Shown here piece by piece: positions 27,053 to 40,660 of a DNA stretch of 64,000 nucleotides (position 1 is its first letter; every line of letters begins with the position of its first letter). A program made the position numbers and the translations under genes. The DNA comes from Octopus vulgaris. Taxonomy: Eukaryota. The stretch covers positions 33,542,001 through 33,606,000 of the forward strand of contig OX597823.1 of the NCBI GenBank assembly GCA_951406725.2, given 5' to 3'. The notes beneath the pieces were generated by a model. It saw only the letters and a program-made list of their open reading frames with translations. It searched no databases and was not told where the DNA came from.

Positions 27053-27062
<10 letters not shown>
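26192..27062. repeat. Non-coding element bounded by ~42-bp direct repeats
   Basis: gttcttgtcccagtttgtg..ttttttaacttttacatatata at 26192 and 27020. Confidence 0.6.
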
Positions 27063-27111
<49 letters not shown>

Positions 27112-27544
27112 TATGTATTTGTTTTGAAAGATTTCAGATGTGAAATCGTGTGCTGAAAGGTCATTTGGTGGTGGTGGTGGGGATAACGCCGCCATCACTA
27201 GTGACGACTCCAAACACCACGGTGTTGACTGGATGTTTGATTTTTATCACACTCGGTACATACACTTTCTTGAGATTGACACCCAAACGCTAAGAAATGC
27301 TGGTATTTGAGCTTCGAGCGTGAATTCCATGCAGTATAGCATGTCATTCCCAAAGTTCTGGTAGAGTGAATTGCATCATGGTGCTGTTATTTTGTTTTCT
27401 CAGAGACGGTGCCCAACTGATCCTACTATCCTGTATAGTCGACAAAATCAAAAACAAACAATGCACATTCGCGAAATTAAGAATATAAAATGGCGACAAT
27501 TTGCCCATCGCACCGTGTGTGTGTCTCTTTGTGTGTATGTGTAT

Positions 27545-27876
27545 TCTTTTATTCTTTTACTCTTTGACTTGTTTCAGTCATTTAACTGCGGCCATGCTGG
27601 AGCATCGCCTTTGGTCGAGCAAATGAACCCCAGCACTTATTCTTTGTAAGCTTAATCCTTATTCTATCGGTGTATTTAGCCGAACTGCTAGATTACGGGG
27701 ACGTAAACACACCAGCATCGGTTGTCACGCCATGTTGGGGGCAGACAAACACACACACACAAACATATATATATATCTATACGATGGGCTTCTTTCAGTT
27801 TCCGTCTACCAAATCCATTCACAAGGGTTTGTTTGGCCTGTGACTATAGTTGAAGACACCTGCCCAAGGTGCCACG
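27545..27876 (-). mobile_element. SINE family C
   Basis: Reverse complement of the 12770-13168 body and tail. Confidence 0.8.
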
Positions 27877-28046
27877 TACATAATTGTAAATAATATGTAA
27901 CTTCGTAATAATCGTTATTATTATCATTGTTGATATATATATTAATAGATAATAATAATAATATGACAGCAAAAGAATGAATGAGACCTCGATATTATGT
28001 AAAATAGAGGAATTTATCTATATGTGACAATTAGTTGGTTGTCATG

Positions 28047-28194
28047 ATAAAACTCAGAGTTTCGGATATCGGGGCTGAAGTCTACTCCGGTATCTCAACA
28101 CTTATTAAGACAAAACGTTATGCATTTGTTTTGCAAGATAGCGTATTGTTTTAATAACTGATGAGATGCGGAGCAGACTTCGCCCCCGGTATCC
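28047..28194. ncRNA. Inverted pair of degenerate hammerhead motifs
   Basis: 28064-28108 is approximately the reverse complement of 28151-28194; + arm ataa CTGATGA gat..atcc; - arm ..atcc GAAA ctc-t-gag TT ttat. Confidence 0.55.
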
Positions 28195-28203
28195 AACTAA
28201 TTG

Positions 28204-28258
<55 letters not shown>

Positions 28259-29030
28259 GGGGGGTGGAGGGAGAGGCGTCGAGTAGAAAAAAGATAATCG
28301 ACCTCAGTTCTGGACAGGTGTTTTATTTATTAACCATTGCAACTGAAAACCAGAATATAAAAACGGAGACGACCTCCATCGGACTTGAACATAGACCAAG
28401 AGTTAAAGAAGAAACTGTGTAGCGTACATTAATCGATGCACAAGCAACTTTGCCAATTCACAACAGCACCAGAAACCTCACATAATTATAATAAAAATAT
28501 AACCAAAAAAAACGTTATAATTTTCGGTTAATTATTGTTAATTAAAGGTTAAATAATGAATGAGATGGGAGAACACCGGGGGTGTTATTGGTATGTGGTA
28601 ATCTATCAACTATTCTGTAATTAATGGATCACAACAGAGTACAGCTGCGTACCAGAGGTGTGTGGGTTCAATACTGATCATGGGAATACAACAAATAGTG
28701 GAACATCATTGGGATACAACAAATAGTGGTACGCAGGCAACAGCTGCGTACCATACGTTTGTGGTTTCGATACTAACCAAGGGATACCACTGCAGTTCCA
28801 GCAATTGCCACTAAAACAACGCAAATAACCTCTACCACAACTACAATAAAAGCTACTACTACTACAACTACTGCTGCTGCTGCTAGTGTTGCTGCTACTA
28901 GTGTTGCTGCTACTACTGCAACTATTGCTGCCGCTGTTGTTGCTGTTGCCGTACTAACATTACTGTGCTACTAATGCAGTCATTGCTACAGAGAGAAGTG
29001 GTATGGGTTAAAACGTGTGTGCGTGTGTGC

Positions 29031-29061
<31 letters not shown>

Positions 29062-29657
29062 AGTGAGTGAGTACTGGTATAGTTAGCCTAACCAGAAACA
29101 CATGGTGTAATAATAAATACGGGTGGTGGTCGGTGTTGGCATGAGATCGCCAGGTCAAGGACTCCATATAATGTATACAGTAAATACGGGTGTGTCGGTA
29201 GTGGCAGGGTAGCGAAGTCAGTAATTAATGATAATAGTTGCTTAAAATTTCGGAGAAAAGCTCGGAGAAAAGCCAGTGGTTTTAGCGGTGTGGACAGGTT
29301 GATTACATCAACCCCAGTGTTTCACTGGTACTTAATTTGTTGACCCCGAAAGGACGAAGTTGACCGTGGCGGAATTTGAACTCAGTACTTAGAGACGGAC
29401 AAAAAGCCATTAAGCATTTTGCCCGGCGTATTAACGATTCTGCCAAGCAGGATGTGCTACTCGACCTGAAGAAAATTCTAACTGGGACCCACCTGCAAGG
29501 TCATGCACTGTTTATCTTGATATGAGTTCACCATATCGCGCACATATCGTTGTGATGCATGTGCCTGGTGTACCCTCATGACGGGTACTCATGATAGGTA
29601 TACTGGGCTGCGTATATTTCACCCCACTGTCACTTTGATGGCATGCGCTGCTCTCTC

Positions 29658-29711
<54 letters not shown>

Positions 29712-29925
29712 CGTTTCTACTATAGGTACAAGGCCTGAAATTTGGGGGAAGGGACTAGTCGATTACATCCACCCCAGTACGCAACTGGTACTTACCTTAT
29801 CGACCCCGAAAGGACGAAAAGCATAGTCGACCTCGGCGGAATTTGAACTCAGAACGTAAGGACAGACAAAATGCCGCTAAGCATTTCTCCGGCGTGCTAA
29901 TGATTTTGCCAGCTTGCCGCCTTAA
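29712..29925 (-). mobile_element. SINE family A (octopus OK-like)
   Basis: Head ggcggc(g/a)agctggca, B box gagttcaaattcc, core cctttcggggtcgataa; other copies near 12120, 25240, 29245, 36125, 47320, 53075. Confidence 0.8.
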
Positions 29926-29997
29926 TAATAATAACAATAATGATAATAATAATAATAATAATAATCATAATAATATTATTATTATTATTATTATTAC

Positions 29998-30049
<52 letters not shown>

Positions 30050-30201
30050 ATAGTAATAATAATAATTATAATAATAATGGGAACCGCTCGAATATTCGTA
30101 TGGTGCTCGAAAAATAAGGGGTGTTACCTTAGTTCACTTGGAGCGAACAGCTGGCACCGTAGTACATCTCCAGCGTTAGAATCTGTGCAAAGACAATAGA
30201 T

Positions 30202-30331
30202 AACTAGAAAAGCACTCGGAGAGCGCAGACCTCTGCCAAGCAGCTCATTTCCACCCATATACACGCATGCTGAAAATCGTCCAATTTCTCAAACCAACGC
30301 CGGCAAAAACATAACCTTCTTGGCGGGGTTA
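30202..30331 (-). mobile_element. Helentron-associated (HINE-like) short element
   Basis: Sub-terminal inverted repeats acctctgccaag / cttggcggggt, hairpin gcactcggagagcgc, ends ctagtt. Confidence 0.65.
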
Positions 30332-30639
30332 AAAAAAAATAACACAGCCATATGATTAAAAAAAACCCTTTAAAAACCGGAATCATCTGAAGTAGTTATA
30401 ATACATCAATGACAACAGCAAGCTAGTTTCACCATACAACTAAAATGAAATAATTACCTAAAACTTGAGTTTGAGGATAGAAACCAGGTCTAAACACAAT
30501 AGCTTATAGACATACTCTGAATGTAGTTCTATATAAATCTTTAACAATGTTTTTTATACTTAAGACCATCAGAAATGTTAAGATCTTATCCCCTACCCAC
30601 GTTGTCATGCTTTGATTAAAAGGTTACAGCATAGATTAG

Positions 30640-30945
30640 ATTACTTAGATAAGTTTCAGTCGAAGTTTCTCAGGCCATGTCTAATTTAATAGCACCACCT
30701 GGAAGACATACACAGTCAGCTCTGGGGAACCGTAGCCCATTCAAGCAGAGGGTTATTGTTTTCAGAGACATATCTGGGTATGGGTGGTTTATCTGGTATT
30801 TGTTGGAGGTAATCATCTAGGGATCGCTTGAATGCCGTGAAGTCATTTTCCTCCTTTATGTATGTCTGCCACGATATTGAAGAGAGCAGAGCCAATTGTG
30901 GTGAAATAGTTCTGTCATAGTATTGTGATACGTCACGAACATTTC
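30640..30945 (-). mobile_element. 3' fragment of a LINE related to 1-3060
   Basis: Minus strand NYFTTIGSALFNI...FKRSLDDYLQQIPDKPPIPRYVSENNNPLLEWA, plus shared 3' UTR ccaggt(g/a)gtgctattaa(a/g)ttagacatggcctg. Confidence 0.85.
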
Positions 30946-30964
30946 TGTCGTATTATTATTATCC

Positions 30965-31027
<63 letters not shown>

Positions 31028-31029
<2 letters not shown>

Positions 31030-31532
31030 CAGTGGCTCTCATGGATTCTGATCTTAACTGATTGGAAGTGTTATCATGTATATTGTTTCGTCTTGGTATA
31101 AAAGATGGGCTACAGCAAATATTCTGCTCAATACCACAGATTTGCTTGTCAGTTGTTTGACCTTAACCAGTTGAGCATGTCCCTTAGCGGCTTACGATAT
31201 GTGCGTCTTTGATCACAAGCAGAAGTAGTGGGGGAGCATCATAGCCATGTGTTGAGAGGAATTTTTTGGTGTTTGAATAATTCACCTTTGGAAACATAGG
31301 TGTTTCGTTCAACATCCTTAAACAACCCTTATTCATGGACCTTTTGAGCGGGATGGGTTACTCGACCTGAAGAAAATTCTAACTAAGCCCTGCAAGGTTA
31401 TGCGCTGTTTATCTTGATATGAGATCACAATGTCACGCACATACGGTTATGATGCACGTGCCTGATGTACCCTTATCAAACATGTAGTCATGATGGGTAT
31501 ACTGGGAGTCCTATATTTTACGCCAGTGTCAA
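31028..31532. repeat. Copy of the (AAT)n-embedded repeat
   Basis: Collinear with 18400-18905. Confidence 0.85.
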
Positions 31533-31537
31533 TAATG

Positions 31538-31656
<119 letters not shown>

Positions 31657-31807
31657 CTACCATGAAATACCACTAAGCCTTTTTCCCAGCGTGCTAACGA
31701 TTCTGACAGCTCTATAATAATGATGATGATGATGATAACAATGATAATAATAACAACAACAATGATAACAATAATAACAACAATGATAGCCATAACAACA
31801 ACAACAG

Positions 31808-31838
<31 letters not shown>

Positions 31839-31869
31839 AATAATAATAATAGTTATAGTAATAATAATA

Positions 31870-31931
<62 letters not shown>

Positions 31932-32371
31932 TGTTTCTTCCGGAGTCTCTTTGATTGTGTGTTTAGTTGTCTTTTGTTTCCTTCTCTTCGTTGAATTATG
32001 GAACAAGCAGTTAAAATTAAAAAAAAAAAATCACTGTAAGAGCGAAAACCCTACAAAATAAATGACCGGAAGCTGACTTCAAAAACAATAATTGTCCCAG
32101 CTCTAACAAGTCAATCAAAGAAGCAGAGAGAAAGAGCAGGAAAATATATAATTTACAATCAAAGATAAAGCGGGTATCCTACGCACATACGGACACGGCT
32201 GAAGAAAAATAGACACAGATGATGTAACCTACAGACGGACACTGCTGAGGTACTTCAGTGTTGAAAGCATCACTTGAAGCAACATCTCAGTTCCAAGTTT
32301 TCACATTATATGGAGGCAACACCGACAATCTTACATAATCTATTTGATGCGACAACTCGTGTAAAAATATT

Positions 32372-32789
32372 TATTTCTTTATTGCCCACAGGGGGCTAAA
32401 CATAGAGGTGACAAACAAGGGCAGACAAAGGGATTAAGTCGATTACATCGACCCCCAGTGCGTAATTGGTACTTATTCAATCGACCCCGAAAGGATGAAA
32501 GGCAAAGTCGACCACGGTGGAATTTGAACTCAGAACGTAGCGGCAGACGAAATACCTATTTCTTTACTACCCACAAGGGGCTAAACAAAGAGAGGACAAA
32601 CAAGGACGGACAAACGGATTAAGTCGATCATATCGACCCCAGTGCGTAATTGGTACTTATTTAATCGACCCCGAAAGGATGAAAGGCAAAGTCGACCTCG
32701 GCGGAATTTGAACTCAGAACGTAGCGACAGATGAAATACTGATGAGCGTTTCGCCCGACGTGCTAACGATTCTGCCAGCTCGCTGCCCT
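32372..32789 (-). mobile_element. Dimeric SINE family A with TSD
   Basis: Body and tail duplicated in tandem; TSD actcgtgtaaaaatatt / actcgagtagaaatatt. Confidence 0.88.
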
Positions 32790-33628
32790 ACTCGAGTAGA
32801 AATATTGTAATAAAACAAGAAATAAAATGAAGGTAATAGAAAGAATGAAAAAGCAGAAAACTCCAGTGCTGATGTCATAACTATGGAAGTAATCAGAGCA
32901 GGACGAGAACCCTTTAGCATTCAGATCATTCTGTCAACGCTCGTAGTTTCGAGGTTTCGATGATGTGATTGTTTATTTTTAGAATAACAATGTAGGGTAG
33001 GTATGAGAGGACGGATCTGGCCAGAATATTTAGGTCGGATATGGTCGGTTCAAGTGCTAAAGATAGAAAAGAGGAAAGTCACTAGGAGTTTAGGTTTGTG
33101 TGCTAGTAACCGCAGAATAATGGGCAAATGGGCAAGAAACCCCGAAAACTGCAAGATGCGAATAGAAGTTCTTAGTAGTTCCCTCCTCGACAAACTGCAT
33201 CTAAAGCCGAAATGATGATTGGCAGAAAGTTAGTTTGGTTTTAGACATAGCAGAAATGAAGTTGGCATCATTGTTATAGTGAAGTAGGAAATTGAAAAAG
33301 CAAAAGAACATTAATTGTCCTTACACTTCGACTTCGTCGACTTTAAAGTTACCATCGATGCCATCTGGTGAAAGGCTTTAAGGAAGGTACATTATTTACG
33401 TTATTTACATTTTTTGACAGATATTTTGTCCTCATCTTGTTTGTTGTTAACACAACATTTCGGCTGATATGTGTGTGTGTAGTCTCCGCTGCATAAACTA
33501 AACACAAACACACACAGGGTTCACATTATGACAGCTCTATAATAATGATGATGATGATGATAACAATGATAATAACAACAACAATGATAACAATAATAAC
33601 AACAATGATAGCCATAACAACAACAACA

Positions 33629-33686
<58 letters not shown>

Positions 33687-33752
33687 GGTCCCGGGTTGAT
33701 TCGGGGTTAACCACAGTAAGTAAGGTACTCAATACATAGCAGAGTAAAATTA

Positions 33753-33861
33753 ATTTATTATATAGAAGGAGCTTCTACAGGACTAGTACTGTTTCATTGA
33801 GCTTCCTGAAGATTTCTCTTGAATGAAACAGTACTAGTCCTGTAGAAGCTCCTTCTATATA

Positions 33862-33867
<6 letters not shown>
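33753..33867 (+). repeat. 46-bp perfect inverted repeat enclosing a hammerhead core
   Basis: Arms 33753-33798 / 33822-33867; CTGAAGA tttctcttgaat GAAA cag TA ctag; 5' strand of stem I is missing. Confidence 0.75.
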
Positions 33868-33909
<42 letters not shown>

Positions 33910-35226
33910 GTGTGCGAGTGTATATGCTTTTCCATAAATATTTAATAGGTGGCTGACAACACAATCTTCATCTTCACAACCAATGACGAATTGAAAATGT
34001 TCATCAAAACAGCTAAACGGTGAATATTTTTTAAAAATGGTCCACGAAAATAAACGACAATTAAGTACAACATCCTTTTTACTTGGAAATAAATAAATGG
34101 AGATGTAAACACGTTACAGAATTTGTTTTTTCTCGACATATGTACCAGAAGATGTGAAAAGAGAAGTAGCATTAGCATCGATAATATTTTGAAGAGTAAG
34201 AAACAAGAACCCAAACCAGAGACTCGAAATTAAGCTGCGCAATGTCCTTACTTTTCAAAAAGCCTCAACGTATTCTATTGTAGTAAAACGACCGTACGTA
34301 AAGGAGTTGGTGACAGAAATATCTCCGTTTTAACGCCGCACGGTCGCCGTACTAAGAAGAAGCAAAAGACATGGTATAAAGAATAAGTGCCAAAAGGAAT
34401 AAGAAAGACGACACAACCGTTCTAGTGTTTGAGAGAAAGAAGTCTTTATTTACAGATGTGTACAATAAGAGTGTGTATGAGTGCTAGCAAAATGGAGTGT
34501 ATGAGTGCGTGCGACAAGTGTTTGTGTCTGTGTGTTCGTGTGTGCGACAGAAGTACAAACAAGGTGTATGCATGTGAGACAGAATACAATACAGAGCATA
34601 GAATGAGTCTCCCGGGATATTTCAGACAAGATGGAGTTAATTTACCAGTTTGTAGTAAGGTTACACGGCATCAGAAAAACAGTGTCACAGGACCTTATTG
34701 GAAGGCTCTGATTGATTGGTTCACACATTGGCGCGAAATAAGTCAAGAGACAAACTACGCCAATGCCAACTAATCAGAGCAGTGGACACAACAGGGTCCA
34801 AATAGCCGAAGATGGTTGCTATCTAACATAAGATCATTTCTAATATATCTCTCAAACAGAGAGGATATCACCGAGCCACGCTACACTATGAAAACGTAAG
34901 CCTTAAAATGTAAAGATACCCACAAATTAGAAGTTTTTAAAGTGTAGTGCTTAGCAGTTTATACTAGGAACATTATTATGAGTCAATTAAAGAAATATCT
35001 CCATAAAGAAATCTCTTCGCATGACATTCAACATTCCCGAGGAAATAGGAAGGTAAAAACTAAAATAGTTCACCTACGTAATAAATCCATCCAACAACCA
35101 CGCAGCGCCGGTGTTACATCAAAACTTCTCCGGCGTCAGATTACGCCGCAGATAGCTCGTCAAAGGATTACCTATTGAGGGTAAAGAATCCAATTTGAAG
35201 CGTTGTTGGCGGTGGTGCAGCTGGCA

Positions 35227-35292
<66 letters not shown>

Positions 35293-35304
35293 GAGGGAGA
35301 CATG

Positions 35305-35335
<31 letters not shown>

Positions 35336-35460
35336 GAGGGAGACATGAAGAGAGAGAGAGAATACGGAAGGGACTAAGCGAATAATGCAAAGTAACACTA
35401 CACACATTTATGGATACACGTACACGCAGATAGATAGATGCATATATAAATAAACATAAA

Positions 35461-35494
<34 letters not shown>

Positions 35495-36426
35495 TCCATA
35501 ATCACGTAAACGTATGTACACGAATATAGTGGAAGTGTAGAAAAAACACCCATCTCCTTTTACTTCGATTTCCGGTGTATGTGTGCGCACACACACACAC
35601 ATCAATATCTTGCTTAAATAAAAACTTAATAGTTGCACAAAATAAATGCAAAACATTCATAATGAGTGCATTTAAATATAAAAAAAGGTTAATTGCATCG
35701 GTAATGTGTGCGTGCAAGTTCGTTCATGCCTGCAGTCATTTAGTTAGCGAGTTGATGTCACCACGTTCTCTCCGTTACTCTCTAGTCATAAAAACTTTTG
35801 AATTAAATCATTATGAATTAATTCAAACACCACGCAAAAGCTGAAGGGGATCTAGAGATGGAAACTCCTGTTTATTCCATCACCCTTTAAAGGATTCACG
35901 AAGCTTTTTGATATATTCAAAAGAGCTATGGAGATTCTCAAGTCACAAGATTAAAATTTCGAACAAAGTGAAAAAAGTTGCTACAAATCTAACGTGAAAT
36001 TAGAAAAGAAAATAACTGTAGTAGGTGAAACCAGGAACTCTGAATGCCTTTATAAAGAAATAAAATGTGAACTAAGTATGGGCGACAAAGCTACGTTGAG
36101 TGAGGAACCAAAACGAACAGCAAAGATGGCGAACTGGCAGAGTCCTTACCGTGCCGCATAAAATGCTTAGCAGCATTTCTTCCGGCTTTTTACGGTCTAA
36201 GTGCAAATGCCGGGCGAGGTCTATTTTGACTTTCGTTCTTTCGGAGTTGATAAAATAAGGTATCACCTGAGCATTAGGATCGATGTAATCAACATGCACC
36301 TCACCATAAAATTGTTGACCTTGTGCTAAAAGTAGGAAAAAATAATCATTACCCGAACAGAACCCAAATATTAAGCTTAAATATAAGATTGCATTTTTAA
36401 AAATCACGCTCTGCTTTCCTTAATTC

Positions 36427-36900
36427 TTTTGAGTTAGAATTCTTAACACCCAACCAACAGACATTTTCACCAAAAAATGATTTGATCAACCATCGCTAAA
36501 TCAATTCACAGTGTCCTCTCTCGTACCACCATACTCGTCTACATTCTTTCATAGGATACTCATCAATGTTTCTCTCAGGCGATTCATTTTCGGGATCTCT
36601 TCTTAACAAAAACAGTCAACATCCTAACGTTTGACTGTTGCGTATGAAGAACAGTCCTCATTGTACACGTTTTGCATGCAATCATAGACTTCCCGCTGTG
36701 CAATCTTCTCCAAAGTCAAAAATTCAATAACAGCGCGATACTTCAATTTTCTGATTTCCTGATTCTGATTTTCGTCAGCTTATCGTCAATTGCTTCAATT
36801 TTTGATCATTTCAAGAGTGTAAACCGACAATAAAATAATTACCGATGTTGATTTTTCAAGTCACGCAAAGCGCACTGACAAATTTTAAACATATTCGTAT
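36427..36900 (-). mobile_element. Mariner-derived N-terminal fragment
   Basis: Minus strand KYRAVIEFLTLE...VYNEDCSSYATVKR*; 36427-36655 has an inverted copy at 38927-39174. Confidence 0.65.
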
Positions 36901-37440
36901 AATAACGACGTATAACCATAGAATTTACGTTGCCATAGAAATTACAAGTGTTATGAATTTTCCTGAAAAATAATACGAATCGCCAGAAGATTTAGTGAAT
37001 ACGTACCTCTCGCTAATAAACAGCTGTTTATAAACAAAACTTTGTATATAAATATTTGTTACACAACGTAATGTCACGTGCAAGTTTTTAATATTTTGCA
37101 ATGTCTTACATTATGACCATTTTTGGCGATTAGTATGGAGCTAATAGACTCGTACCGAGAAACATAGTGGCAGTTTTGTTAAATACGGAGAATAGGAGCT
37201 GCCGTTCAACTGAATTTAATTTCGTTTCTTAAGCTTGAAAATATTTTCTTCTTTACCATGTAATATGCTGCATAAAAATATCATCATCATCATCATCATC
37301 ATAATCGACAACTGTCGTACAAAAACAGATACAACAGTGGCAAAAGACCGCTTTATAATTGGTACTGTATCCATGGAGGTGAAAAGAAGAAATCGTCGAA
37401 AGTGAAGAACCAAGAACGGTGGGCAAGGCTGCAAAAGTGT

Positions 37441-37502
<62 letters not shown>

Positions 37503-37856
37503 GTACAAGAGTGCATGTAAATGAAGTGAATGACAAACAAATGTGATGTTGCATGAGAATAAGAATGACAAATGGGGGAAAGAGGAAGAGAGAGGGAGTG
37601 AGAGAGTGGTGGCTGGTAGGACAAAAATGGTGATATGATATTGTATGTAGTAACAAGTTCTGCTTTCATTAATTACAGCAGCAGAATAATACAGTATAGG
37701 TAGGAGAATGATGGAGGCATGAATGATAGGAAGATGATAAAACGAACTCATGCATAAACACACACACACACACACACACACACATAAATACGTATATACA
37801 TATAGGTATATATATAGATACATATACATACATACATACATGCATACATACATACA

Positions 37857-37892
<36 letters not shown>

Positions 37893-37922
37893 TATGTATA
37901 TATGTGTGTGTGTGTGTGTGTG

Positions 37923-39290
37923 TTGGGTCATCCCAAAAATAATGTGGTTTTTAAAAATAATTCTTTTTTCAAAATTAAGATAAAGTTCTTTTTTAATCTG
38001 AAATATACTATCCTTCATTTTCTACACTATTCTTCCATCTTATCAGGTAGACTTGCAAGGTCCTTCTTTCAAAATTCACTGTCCATGATGAAAAATACTC
38101 CTCCAGTACTGTTCTGATCTCGTCTACAGAATTCATATTTTTTCCGTTCAAATGATTTTGAAGACTGTGGAATAAATGATGATTAGATGCTACAAAGTCT
38201 GGTGAATATGGTAGGTGGAGCTTTGTTTGGCATTCAAATTGCTCCAGCCTTTCGAATGTCATCCTTGCTGTATGTGGCCGAGCATTATCCTGATGGAAGA
38301 ACACCTTCCGTCTTGAAATCAAAGATGGTCATTTTTCTTCTAGCGCTGACTTGAACCGCTCAAACTGTTCGCAGTAGATCTCCTTTTTTATCGTTTGGTT
38401 TCCATTTAAAAGTTCAAAGTGGACTAAACCTTTCATATCCCACCAAACAGAAAACAATACTTTACGTGGGTGAAGACCTTTTTTAGCCTGGTGTGCTGGT
38501 GTTTCTCCCTTCACTATCCATTGTCTTCGGCACTTGACATTTTTATAGAGAACCCATTTCTCGTCACCAGTCACTATTCGGCCCCAAAAAAGATTCATTC
38601 GTAAGAGGTAACAGCAAAGGAGAGCACACATTCGTTCTCTGCGGGCGATTAGACTCGGAAAGTTTGTGAGGAATCCATTGATCCAATTTGCTGACTTTTT
38701 CGATGGCACACATTTATCGATAAATGGTTGAATGACCAAATCCAAGCTTCTCTGTTAGTTCCTCAACAGTTACGATGGGATTTTGTTTCACAAGAGTTTG
38801 CAGGACGTCCTCATCGAGCTCTACAGATCTTTCAGGATGAGACTCGTCATCTAGGCTGCAGTTTCCGGCTCGGAATTTCGGAACCACCGTTGACACAGGC
38901 TTACACTTATTGTCCGATCCGCATATACTGTTCTTCATGCGCAACAGTCAAACGTTAGGGTGTTGATTGTTGTTGTTAAGAAGAGATCCCGAGAATGAAT
39001 CGTCTGAGAGAAACATTGTTGAGTATCCTATGAAAGAATGTAGACGAGTATGGTGGTATGAGAGATAGGACACACTGCGAGTTGATTTAGCGATGGTTGA
39101 TCGAATCATTTCTTTGAATATTTGAACACGACTAAAATGTCTGTTGGTTGGGTGTTAAGAAATCTAACACAAAAAAATGGAGGACATAGCATTGAAAAAA
39201 ATATAGCTTAGAAAAAATTACTGTTAAAATCGAACTGCACTCTTCAAAACTTGCACCAAGAATAAGTACAAGATAAAATTACTACTTGTC
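37923..39290 (-). mobile_element. Mariner (DD34D) pseudogene interrupted at 38927-39190
   Basis: IVTGDEKWV, VWWDMKG, HQDNARPH, PYSPDF, RWKN; TIR ttgggtcatcccaaaaataatgtgg. Confidence 0.9.
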
Positions 39291-39399
39291 GAAAATAACA
39301 ATAGCATTTAAAAATAAATTTAACTAAACGCATGTTTTTATTGTCAAGTGATATTAAACTCGTTCATCAGTATTCCATATTTTTCACTTGAACCTTCGT

Positions 39400-40660
39400 A
39401 GATAAGAAATTCATAGTCATTTTTAATTTTAAAAGAAATTCTGAGCAGCTTAGTGGAATGCTTATTTTAGTCATCAAAAAGCCCCGAGATGTAGCTTCTA
39501 TCCTATTACTCCTCTCGTCTAACCACGCAATATTGTACTACAGAAAACACTCATTCACCTGGTGCAGAAATACCAGGAACACAAAGAATGTATTCTACTT
39601 CATTTAGATTTACTAACATGTGTTTTTCTTCGCAATGAACAAATAAAGTAAATGACACTTTTCTTCTTGCTTAAAAATTGTGTTATCTACAATTCTGCCT
39701 TAGAATCTCAAAAGCTCTTTGCAATAACAGATTCGTCAAATAATCGATCAATATTTATAATTTGCTTTCCGATCCTTTTGTTGATTTTAACTGTAGACTG
39801 CTGAACACTTTGGTCAAACTATTTCTCCATTGTTTAATCACACAGTCTTTCGCCTGACCAAAAGGTGCAGATGTAAGAATATTTGAAAATTATCACAATA
39901 AGTGCCTCAATATCAGTTGGTAACAGTTCGAAAACAGTTGTGCATCATGTGTGCAACCTAGCCAATGCCAACAAGGCCGTTTTCAAGTTTGGTTTTTAAC
40001 CGGATAAATTATGCTGTTCTTGCCTTTACGTTTCACACCACTAAAGTTTTTGAGTTGCAGTTTGTCTCTGCAAAATCCATCAACTCGTGAGTGCCAATAT
40101 CTGAGGCTAAGGTGTTTGTTAGGATCTCACTTGTCTCAAATGGAACAGTGCACAGATCCAAAAATTTGAGTTGTAGCCTTTGTCCAAGGATGTAATATTA
40201 AAGAATATAAAGTATCATTTAAACATCTTTTCGATCCGAAGCATCCATAAAAATTCTCTCAAAGTTTTCCTCTGTTAGGTCTTTAGCAAAGTTCAAATCA
40301 AAAACGTGGAGCGATTATATTTGAAATTATGATTTCAAATTTTGTCTGTACTATACGAAACTTTGGCTCAAACAGTTTTCAGAGTAACTTTGACAAATTG
40401 TCGGATGTTATGAAATTCAATTTATAAGAAATGGTATGAAAACCAAAATTTGTTTCCTTAGCTGTAACGAGAAGCTCCAACACGATCATTTCGGACATTT
40501 CTAAAGAATATCTAATCGTAACAAACTAACAGCAGATACTGTTCTGTACCTTTTGATATTCCAAATGATCCTTAATATCGACAGAGAACTTCGCAAACCA
40601 GTCAATCCATTTTGCTCTGAGAGCACAAAGTATATTTGGAGAAAGGTGTAATCCAGCTTG
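39400..40660 (-). pseudogene. Degenerate hAT-like transposase
   Basis: Manual minus-strand translation: IFMDASDRKD, KFLDL..ETSEIL, GIG*VAHMMHNC, LPTDIEALIV, EYILCVPGISAPGE*VFS (resembles the hAT C-terminal dimerisation motif). Confidence 0.7.

Noticed and set aside
28620-28790. Tandem tRNA-like units
   Set aside because: Too degenerate; no cloverleaf.
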